Source: Raillietiella orientalis (taxonomy: Eukaryota). From it: a stretch of 64,000 bases of DNA. The position numbers were made by a program, and so were the translations under genes. Under the pieces are notes generated by a model. The model was not told the DNA's origin, searched no databases, and saw only the letters and a program-made list of their open reading frames with translations. Each line of letters opens with the position of its first letter. Positions within the stretch are counted from its first letter, which is position 1. Shown in pieces: positions 50,900-61,041 of the stretch. Location of the stretch: positions 6,200,001 through 6,264,000 of the forward strand of contig JAYWIR010000003.1 in assembly GCA_036172245.1 (NCBI GenBank), given 5' to 3'.

Positions 50900-52150
50900 A
50901 CGCATCCCATGAAGGGAGTTCTCCGAACCCAGTGGCATCTTCCGGTACATACAAAAAGCTACCACCGTGCATTCGATATTTTGGATTCCTTGATAGATCA
51001 TTCCTTTCAATTCTTCACATTCCGCCATACTGGTCTTCATCTTCCATTTTCTCCGCACCTATCGTAAGGTGGGAACCCAACTGCCCTTCGCTTTTTGAAC
51101 ATGCCCGCATCATCCTAGCTGTGGATTCCCTTTCTTTGGGAATGTTCTACGAAAAAATAAGGTGGACGGGTGGTGTCGTTCAACCTCAGTTCTGAATTGC
51201 CTGCGCCTAAAGGGTGGGTGCATCCTCAAGGAGCTCGGGACGTGGTGGCTGCTGTTTGCATCCATGAGGTCCATAAGAGTTCAGCAAAACCGACTTTTCG
51301 TCAACTCTGAGAATGCGGACGAAGCCACCACAGTGCGTGCCACGGCCACCGTTGATCTTATTGCAGGGAAAGACGGATTGGCTACACGTTGGGCTGGGTG
51401 TCGACATGGCGTTTGCAGAAGACACGAAGATTGATTTTGCGAATTCGTAAGGTTTTTTTCAAGATGAGAAACACTTGACCTATTTATCCTACTTGTTTGT
51501 GTGTACACGCAGTGTGGGCTGTTGCGAAACACTGTACGAGAAACAGAATCTGCGGCAATGGAAGCTCCAGCAAAGTGCATCGATGTGATTCGTGGATCTT
51601 CGGGAAAAACAGCTACGAACCTCTTCCAAATAGAGTTCACGTGGACGCCCTCTACGAAACGGATTTGGAGGGACTGTTCTGTACAGAACCTCAAACGAGA
51701 GCTTCTTCGCAACCTTTAGATGCTCTCCAACGAACGAGCTGGCTGCGCAGATTTGCAGCAGCTCACATGGTATATCCCTTATGCTTTGTGTCTCCTCATG
51801 TATCTGTGTAGCAAATGCATGAATAGCACGAATGGCATATGTGAAATCATTTTTCCTCATCGAAATCTGAGCATATGCACGATCTGGGAATTCCGAGCAG
51901 GTGTGTCGCAGTGTTCATTCTTTGTGTCGGCAAAATCTGTCTCGAGTGTTCATTTTGTATCCTATGGGTGAGTCTGCGTATAACGGCAGATACTTCCGTG
52001 AGATTGATTCTCGAAAAGTAGCCAGGGTGGTCTCCAATGGATTTCTGCAAACAAACCACCTTCCCTCATCCGGTGGCTCTTGCTGAGTGGTCATCGTAGC
52101 TTTCTCGCCTAACGGACGCATCAGCTCTCCATGGTGGTTGTGATATACGA
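50900..52150 (-). mobile_element. Possible decayed Ty3/gypsy protease-RT fragment
   Basis: Ordered weak motifs HGELMRPLGE, PFRRGRP, AFSEL and GIHS*DDA (~YxDD). Confidence 0.3.
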
Positions 52151-53839
52151 ATATTATGATACAAAAGCGGAAAACTCGATGCCTTCTCAACACGCAGGTG
52201 AGTGAGAACACACGAAAAGTCCGTTTGTCTAGAAACTTCCGTGGGAACTCGAATCCCAGGCGAGGTAGAAACCAGGAAGAAGGGATTATCAGTGTCGCAG
52301 CCAGAAATCCAGATGGTCTCTGATTCGGATCTTCCCGAATTTTAGCTTGCGGAAAACTGCGAATCCTCCTGCTCTTCAAACTGTCCTGCCCTGGGGCGGT
52401 TCGGAAACTCGGCAAGAACAAGGAAGCTGCGGCTTGTTCTGCTGAGCGTCATTCGAGGCTTGTGGGATGCTGTTCCGTGCAATCTGCTGACGATCTTGCA
52501 ACTCTTAATCTGCTCTGCCTCAAATTGGCGAGGTGCAACACTTTCTCGTGCGTTGATCCCGAGTTTGAGTGAAACCTAACGGGAAATGCACAAGAAACGA
52601 GGCTGGCACTCTCGAGCTGTCGTTCGCGGCGTTGGCCTCGGAAGACAGGCAGAGGCAGTCTTGAGCGCGTTGGTAGCGATGGTGACTCCTCATCCATCCA
52701 GCATGATCGGTCGGAAAGAGGAGCGTCCGTGCCTCAGTCCTCAAGCTGACGGTCTGACCTCGAGCGGTCTGCATTTCCTCTCCGAAGCAGTTTGGTCTAA
52801 CCGATGACGAAATGAAGTCGTACGGATCGGCGCGACACTCTGCGGCTGCGTCGGCATCCTGAATTGGTGGTCCACGGAGCAACTTTTTTTTTTTTCTGCC
52901 TCAGAGTCCTCAGTAATTGAGCGTTTGCTGCGAAACTGCGCATGGCTCCGGAGCAGCTTCGGACGGATCTGATTAGAAAAGACGCTCTGAATCAGAGCTT
53001 CATCATCATTCGCTCCTCAAATAGGGTCGATTAAAGCAGGAACTTCTTCTCCAGCCGGAAGCACTCCAAGATCTCCAGCTCATCTGCATCTGGGATTCCG
53101 TTCCTTGCTCTCCACCGCTGGACGGAGGAAGAATTCGGTTTCGCTCCTCGTTTGACAACGCAGGATGGAACCAGTTTGGGAAGCTGACCGTCAGCAGCTG
53201 GTGTGGCCGAGTCTCGCCAGAGTTCGTTTCTGCTGCTGTTTCATCATTTTTCTAGGAAGTGGTATTTCGTGAAAATTCCAACCTCAATAAAATAGGCAAA
53301 GCAGTAAAGGGGAAAAAGCAGGAGCTTCAGGAGTTTTGACCGCGCTGAATTTATCTGACTTTCGTGAATAGGAGAGTTTCATTTACTCCGTGTTCGCAGA
53401 ACGAAGCATCCTCAGAATCTGCGCTGATTCCCTCGAGCAAATGACCTCAACCTCAACACGCAAGAGAGAAATCTGATCCCAACATCGAAACCTGCAACCA
53501 GAAGAAGGGAAGGGAGTGCGAACAAGAAAAAGGAAAGAACAGGTCGACCGACCCTCTGCTTCTTTCTCGCGGCTCCCTTTTGCAGGGTTAAGCGCAGGCT
53601 TGCTGGTTAAAACCGGTTCTCCAGTTCTTCCTTCCAGCTACGCCCAGTTCTCCGCATTATCCACGTGATTCTCTTGAGGCCGCGTGTGAACCTTCCTCTG
53701 CTCCTTTTTCCACCCCGCGCTACGAGCCTTGGGACTGTTCTTCAGAGGTCGGTATGCGAAGGAAACCGAACTTTTCCTCGAATACATTCCGAGTCGCCAA
53801 CTAAGTGGTCGGTCGGATGGCGCCCACTTCTTCCTGCAT

Positions 53840-53847
53840 TTTTCTTT

Positions 53848-53879
<32 letters not shown>

Positions 53880-53891
53880 TTTTTTTTTTAT
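53840..53891. repeat. (TTTC)n microsatellite plus T run
   Basis: Directly visible. Confidence 0.9.
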
Positions 53892-53949
53892 AGGAAAAGT
53901 AGTCCGGGCTTATGCCTGCAAGTGGATGCGTTTGAAGGAACTATCAGGT

Positions 53950-54420
53950 CCGCAGTCACGGTGTAAGTGGAAGAAAGCACCCAAGAAAAGGAAACAATAA
54001 GTGTGGACGAATGCTCTGTCGGCAAGGATGCTCTTCAGCAAGCAGGAATGAAGGAAAATCACAAGAAACCTTGTTGACACTGTCGAAGAAGTCCACTGAC
54101 GCCACGACAGAGTTCGTACACAGTACAAACCCCCTAGTCGATATCGCGAATTCTCTTCGGGACCGTGGTCTGCCGACGAGGAAGCAGGCAACCAAAGACT
54201 CCCTGAGTGGCGGAACGAAATCCATCTGGAGCAAACAGTTGGCGTGAATCGAAGGCGACACGGATTTTCCAATACTTTCAGGGGGGAGGACCGGCGCATC
54301 ACTTTTCCACGAACAAAAATTTCTCTTTGTCTTCCACTCGAGAGACAAGTTCCGAGGTCTTCGAGGACCGCCACTAGTCGAATTCCAGCACGACTGTACT
54401 GTTTCATTAGGTCGGTCACA
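53950..54420 (-). mobile_element. Possible decayed Ty3/gypsy RT N-terminal fragment
   Basis: LMKQYS..DLGTC and RYRLGGLY..TL (~RLCGDY..TVN). Confidence 0.28.
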
Positions 54421-56689
54421 ACGGTGCTTCCAGATCACCTTAGGACTTGCAGCATCGCAGCGTGGCTTTCCTTTGCTCCTGACGTCAGACAAAACTCCAA
54501 CGCTTCTCCAAGATTGATCCTCGGAAGAGAGCCGACGCCAACGCGCGTTTCGGTCGTTCGCTTCTGCCGTGCTGATGCGCTTCCTTTCTCCCAGTTAGCT
54601 CGGATCTCCCAGATCCTGACCAGAGGCTCCCTTTCATCTACTCGATTCGTGCCAGGAAGAACTCCAAACCACCTGAGATGACCCTTTCATCTAGCGCACC
54701 CGTTCTCCAGATGAATGCGATTTGTCCTCTCCGTTCTTCGCCTGTCTGGAGCCCAAACTGCACAATGGGCTGCAAACCAAAGACTGAAACCGAATCTAAG
54801 ATGCCAACTGGATGGATCTGCATGTGAAACATGGATGACTCCCAAGGAAGCATCTAGAGTTTGCTGACGCTGCAGAATTCTGGTTATGCACGTGCGCTCT
54901 CACTTTTCGAAATTCCAGCCAAGCTTATCCTTAGGCATTCAGCTGCAAAGATTGATGGGAATATCCTACAGCATCATGCTAAGACGAAAGATCATTAAAG
55001 CGATGAATGCTCATGGAATAATGACAGGTGGTGAATTGACTGCACTTTCATCCTTACCCTTTCCTCTCCCTGCTCCGCTTTTCTGCTTTGGCTTCCTTCA
55101 GCTCAGTGAAGACTAGGCGTTACCACGGCTCATTATGTAATGCAGTACATTTAAATGACGATAATCATTCCATTAGGAATTTTCCAAGAATGCCGTCTGA
55201 ATGCGAACACTTTAATCGAAAGATCCGCAACTCAATTAACTTTGTTCCCAGAGGAAAGCCCAGGCGGATGCAAGCAGTAAGCCGGCGGCATATCCGACCC
55301 ATCTACCGCCAGGTAGAAGTGCTTCAGCACGCGAAATTCATCTTTAAATAGTTCAGGAAGCGCCTAATTCTTCAAGGACGGCAGGAATTACATTAATTAT
55401 GATAGAAACAAATGGTGAAATGTGTCTTCCTTTGTGCATTTATGCAAACACCCACACCTGGAGATTCTATTGCTTGTGTTGCTGACTCGTCCTAAAACCT
55501 GTTTCAATTATCTTTTGGACAGAATTCGAGTGGCTGAATCACAACCGGTTGTTCGTTCCAGATATGAGCTCCTTTTCCCACGTCTTCCTCCGAACGCGGA
55601 TTTTCGAGCGTGGGAGACATCCATCTTTCATTTTTGCAAGTGAAGAGTAAGGCTATTCTGCCTGCAAAGGATGACAGAGATTCGCAGAGGTCTTGCTGGT
55701 CCTGCTTTACTTTAACGCATCTCACTTGGGTTCAGAGATCAAGTCGAGAAGCAGCAGGATGAAGTAAAAAAGAAGGATGACCTGACCTTCACGTGGTAAA
55801 TGAGGAATTCCGAAGCAGGTTGCTCCAGATCATGGGATGAGTATACATGCCGCGTTCCGCCCTAGAGAGAAAGAGCTTTCCCATGAAGCCTGAAAAATGT
55901 GCCATTACGAGCACTTTATCGGCACCTACGGAACGAGTGGTCACATCCGGTCATCCATTGCTGTTCCGGTGTGCTCCTTGAACGCACTGCCGCGAATTTC
56001 ACGCGTATCCAAAGCGACGCTGCGACACTCTGGGATGAACTGAGAAGCTGCTTTTCGCGTTGCCGCGCAGATTCAACCAAAGAAGGATCCGAAAAGCAGT
56101 CCGAGCAATAACAACGCTTCCAGCCTCCGAAGAAGAATCCTCCTGTCATCAAAAGATAAATGACGTGATATCGTCAGTGGACCAGCTTGTATCGATGAAG
56201 TCGGAAAATTAGGATGGATCGGGAAAATGAGATCCCCTGGTGATGAAACACATTACTGTCATACAGAGCGAATCAGCGGTTTGCTACTCTTCTTAAGTAA
56301 TCTATGAGAAGCAGCAAAAAGATGGAAGGTAATAAAAAACTTGCAAGAAGCGGCTCCAGTCAGTGAACTCTCGTGGATCCTCACCTGCAAATTATTTCAG
56401 GTCCGCCTCTTTATCGGCATCTATCGGTCTCCCCTGCTGGAAGGACTTTGCATTTCCTCCAGCATCTCCATCCTGGTCGCACGCATTTATCTCCCATCTG
56501 TATCTGTGTGAGTTGATTACTTGGCTATTTTCATCTCGCATTCAAAACTACATTTAGGGCATCATTCCTTCTTGTGCGCTTAGGATTTCCCCTTCAGGAT
56601 AAGGTTTGCCCTTGGGAACACCACGTAAGCAAACTTCAAGACGAAATGCCACAATGAATAAACAGTGTATCAGTCAATAAGATGACCGT

Positions 56690-56900
56690 TCGCTCATAAT
56701 TCCAACTTCAGGTGATTCCAAGGTGTCGAAGTTTTTTCCCTTTGACAACTTTGTACTTGTAGATGTTACGTGCTGCATTATCCTTCTAGCGCTACCGTCT
56801 CCTCGGGGAAAGATCGTTGGGTGACGCGCTGATCGCTCCATGGTGACAAAGAGACGCCTTGGAGCCAGGCCGAATTTTTCCAAGCAGGCGTCTCGGACCA
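56690..56900 (-). mobile_element. Possible decayed Ty3/gypsy RT fragment
   Basis: PTIFPRGDGSARRI (~PIV.VPK.DGS.RIC) and KLSKGKNFDTLE (~L.GGK.FSKLD). Confidence 0.33.
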
Positions 56901-58148
56901 GCTCAGAGAGAACACATGAGCTGTGCTTCAGGATTCCGTACAAGGATCCGTACGAGAGCAGGCCTTTCCACGGAAAGTCTCAGAGGCAGTACCCTACGAG
57001 GATTCCGCGGATATCGGTAAGAATTCTTGTTCATCGGAAATGTTCCTTAAAGAACGTGTCATCTGTCCCCGAGCGACACACAGCATCGTGAACGGAAGAC
57101 TGCAGCACCGAGTCAAAGCCCAATGAAGTGTCAGAAAGCTCCGACAAAACGTCCAGACCCGAGTGTGAACCCGGGCATCCGGTGTCCGTGATCCGGAACC
57201 CCAGAATGAATAAGTACGTCCTTCCTGGAAGACAAAAGCACCTGCGTTGCGAAAGCTGGATTTCCCTGCTCTGAAAACGACTTTGGTACACGAGTCGCGT
57301 AAAACGCCTCGTGAGTGGTTGTTGTGATGTGCCCACAAAACCACTGCTCGCTTTGGTACGTACTTCTCTTTAAGCTGGGCTGCCTGTAAGGAAAGGATGG
57401 ATTTCATATCGAGGGAAGAGAGTTTCAGATCAGGAGGACCGCTCAGTTTAAGTGGTTCAGGAAGGACTCTTAGCTCAAGTTGCAAGAAGCGATGAAGTGA
57501 GTAGTATACAAACCAAAGTCCTTCCATTCCAAATTTATTTTTAACGTCAAGAAGAGTACCCCTTAACACTTCATTACATCATGTCTTGCGGTCTGCTTTT
57601 TTTTTTTTTTTTTTTTTCCCCCTCTTTTTAATCGTGCTTTGGTATGTTTTCATTGGACTTCAGTAGCCACATACACAGCTGAAATGGGACCGTCACTGTT
57701 CCGCAACCTCTGATGTGAGTTTCTCTTAGGAACATTGTGATCAACACTGTAGATTAAATTTTTGCTTCTATCTTTCACTTCTTGGGGAAGGTTCCTCGAC
57801 CTGATTATCGGAACGTAGTGAAATGGCCTTCTTCCGTTCGTGCTTATTCCCAGGTGGTCGTAAACTCCAACATTTGCTACCTCTCCATACACCGCGCGCG
57901 ACCTCTCAGCCCCGTCGTCCACCGGAGCGGGGACTTCTGCAATGTGGAACGGAGACAGTGGATCCAGTGCTAATCCGAAACACCTACCTTCAGTTTCGGG
58001 GCTCAGATCCGTTTTAAAAGACAGGACGGCGTACTCGGAAAGGTCTTCTTCCCGGGAACGAGACTCGGCAGGGTGGTCTTTGGCTGCCTTATGAGATCTC
58101 GCCGCATCCTTCCTCTTCTGGAAACCATGCTTTTGGGAACAAGGGGCC

Positions 58149-58881
58149 TCAGCTGCATTTACGTACTTGAGAGCCTGCGTCCACCTCCTTCGCTTTGCTC
58201 CTCCCCAGCAGGTGCATGCTGAGAAGACTGCTCCTTTCCGAGTACGGAATGGAAAACAGGGCGGACAGAAAAGCGTCGCTGTCTTCTTTCTCTCCGGTCT
58301 TGCGTGATTCGAGGCGCGACTTGGCCTCCGGGGCTCGCTCGTATTTCTGCTGAGCGTCTTCTTCATCATCTTTCTTTTGAACTTCGTTCTGAGTGACCCT
58401 CCAGCCTTGGGGAAGGCTCGCGACGGGAGGGTCCGGAGGTTCCCTGTTCACGTAGACCAGTTCTTTCCTGGGTGCCTTGTGCAAAGGAACCGTGGCTATG
58501 AGCCGTTGCTCCAGGTCTTCATCTGACTGCATCTCACGGAAGAATTTTCTCGGGAAGGAAGCCCTCCGGTTGGCAAATCTTGAGAGGAACAGTTTCCTTC
58601 TGTTACCAAGCCTTGGGAACAAGGGGACTTTGGTCCTGGGGGTCGTGGTTGTGCTGGTCGTCGTTCGGACGATGAACATGTAGTCGTCAACTGGGAACTC
58701 GTCGTAGTAGTCATAGTAGTCGTACTGCAACGGTCTCGAGAACGAACTCTGGAACCCAGCAAAGGGCAATGGATACTTGAATACTAGGTTTTCGGGAGGA
58801 AGAGATGTGCTGGTCGAAGTTGTGGATGCGCTTGTAGGTTTCTGAGTCGTAGTCGTGGTGGTTTGGTACAGATCGTTGTTT
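58149..58881 (-). CDS. Gene C terminal exon, Thr-rich and Tyr/Asp-rich low-complexity tail
   Basis: Acceptor TTTTTCCCTTCCAG, phase 2, continues in frame as NNDLYQTTTTTTQKPTS...QYDYYDYYDEF...TTTSTTTTPR...RKCS*. The true 3' end is uncertain (see findings). Confidence 0.8.
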
Positions 58882-60540
58882 CTGGAAGGGAAAAAAAATC
58901 ATCTGACTTCAACGGGAACCCAAGTGGAAGCCGCCGAAAGAAGAAATTTTGTTCTCTTTTCACCCTTTTTTTTTCTTTCTCTCTTTTTTTTTTTTAAAAA
59001 AAAAGGGGCTTCTTCGATTCAGCAAAGAGTCCTCAAAGCAAAGATTTCCCTAGTTGAAGAGAAAAACACACACACACTTCTTGGAGGTCAGATGAGCGTT
59101 CGGTCACGCGCTTCCCTCCCCCTTCCTCCATCATCCTGTCGACACACCGTGCTTCAGGAGGATCTATCCTGCAGCATTTTCACAAATCACTTTTCAGTCA
59201 CGTTTTTGAAAAACCTTGGTAAACCTCTCCTTCCTATCTTCTGGGGTGCATTCTTCTCCCTCTGGAAGACCACCCCTTCTCAGCCACCCATCGCCACCGA
59301 GCCTAACCTCGGGTGCAGCGGATGCAAGGTCCCTGGTGACCATATTTCGGGATCCACTTGTTTCCATAGCACCCATAGATTCTCGAAGCCAGCGGCTCGT
59401 CTCACATCCCGTTTTTTTCCCCCTTTTTCCAACTCTTGCCCTCTCTCCCCCTCGCGGCCAGCCGATTTCCAGAGAACCGTCCGGACAGCTTCCCGAGGTA
59501 ATCCCGGGCGATGTCCCTTCCCCACTGTATCCGGGGAACGAGGAGCACGCTGGACATTTTTTTGCGGAACAACGCCAAGAGGAACCCACAGTCACAGGAG
59601 CAGGGGCGATTTGGTCTCGAAGGCCGCCGCCGCCGCTGGAGCGGGAAGCGCCAGGGACACGGAAGTAGGGCGGGTCGTCACGAGACCCGCGCACACGCGT
59701 CTGGGCTGCGCAGCTTCCACCATCTCTACCGTCCTCGGCTTCAGCCCGGACTCCTCCCTGCAGCGCTGCTTCGAGACCGACAGATTCCACGCCAATGGGA
59801 AAGGAGGGTCCGCAGCCTTCTCCCCGATGGGAAAAGGCGACCGAGGTCCGCCCCCCCTTCTCTTTTTCACAGCTCCCTTCGAAGTCGGGCCGCCGAATTT
59901 TCCTCGCGCGACAGGGTCGGCGGGACGTCACCTGTCGTGCTGCATCCACGGAAGGATCGACCCCGTTCCTCGAGGAAGCCGTTCAGAAGGGACAGAAACA
60001 CCTGGGAAAAGGTCCGGCACGAAGGTCGGCGCGTGGGTGTCGGACTGCCGCCACCCACCTGCAATACCCCCATCGCACACGGCGGAGGTTTCTGAAGACA
60101 AGGAAGCAGCCGACCATCTCTGTCTCGCGCCCTCCGATCCTCCCTGTCTCCCGTCCGGTCTCTGTCTCCGTGGCTCTCGCTTTAGTCAAGGGGGTTTCAC
60201 GACCAGTCTTTCCCCATAGAGCCGCATCTCGAAAGCGCGTCTCTTCCCTGCATGTGATTTTTTCCTGCCCCGTCCTTATGGGAAAGAAGGGATGGGTGGG
60301 AGAGGTGCGCTTCAGCTTCCGGTATCATTTAGAAAGTGCCTTTAGAAAGCGCACCGCTCGAAAGGCTTTCATGGAAAAAAGAGGAGGAAGAGAGAAGGAA
60401 GGAAAGAGGAGAAGACAAGAAATGGAGGAGGAGGAAAAAAGGAGGAAGGGAGGAGGGATGAGGAAGAGGTGGTGGTCTCGTCTCGTTTCCTCTCCGGCCG
60501 ACTCCAGAGTACGAGGCCGCGGAGAGACGTTCTCCCTCAC

Positions 60541-60674
60541 CTGTCGTAATGCTTCGGTGAGTTCTCACAGTCGACCTCGGAGGCGAAGTGGCAGATGAAG
60601 TTCTTCTGATCGAACGCTGTGAAGTTGGCGCACAGGAAGTCGTACCTCGTCCCGAAGAGGCACTGGTGGTAGAT
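60541..60674 (-). CDS. Gene C exon, C-terminal half of CBM14 domain
   Basis: Acceptor CTCGTAG. Translates IYHQCLFGTRYDFLCANFTAFDQKNFICHFASEVDCENSPKHYD(R). Donor AG|GTGAGG, phase 2. Confidence 0.93.
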
Positions 60675-60772
60675 CTACGAGGAAGGGAGGTGAGGCTGCC
60701 GCTGCTTCTGCTGCCGAAGCTTCCACCTGACCCCCCTCGCTTCCGCGCATGCGCCAGTCCCTCCTTTGGTAC

Positions 60773-61041
60773 CTGACACCTGTGCTCCACGTTGGCGTAG
60801 AAACCGTCGTGCCTCCCGTCGCATGTAAAGTTGATCTTGTCGGGCATGGAGTTGTAGAAAGGGTAGGTGGACAGGTCGTAGCCATGCAGCTCGTAGGGGA
60901 GGTTCGGGTCGTGGATGTAGTCCTTCTGCGGGTCCCCGGTCAGGACGACGGCTCTGCTAGCGTTGCCCGCCCCGGAGCCTCCTTCAGGAACGCCCTCCGC
61001 ATCCCCGTTGGCGGCGCCAGCAGTAAAGCAGCAGCAGCAGA
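60773..61041 (-). CDS. Gene C exon, end of probable signal peptide and N-terminal half of CBM14 domain
   Basis: Strong pyrimidine tract plus CAG, phase 1. Translates xCCCCFTAGAANG...KDYIHDPNLPYELHGYDLSTYPFYNSMPDKINFTCDGRHDGFYANVEHRCQ. Donor CAG|GTACCA, phase 0. Confidence 0.88.

Noticed and set aside
58855..60219. 454-aa plus-strand ORF, the longest in the window
   Set aside because: It lies antisense within the gene C intron, starts at GTG, crosses poly-T/poly-A runs and has no recognisable domain; it is most likely a GC-rich chance ORF.
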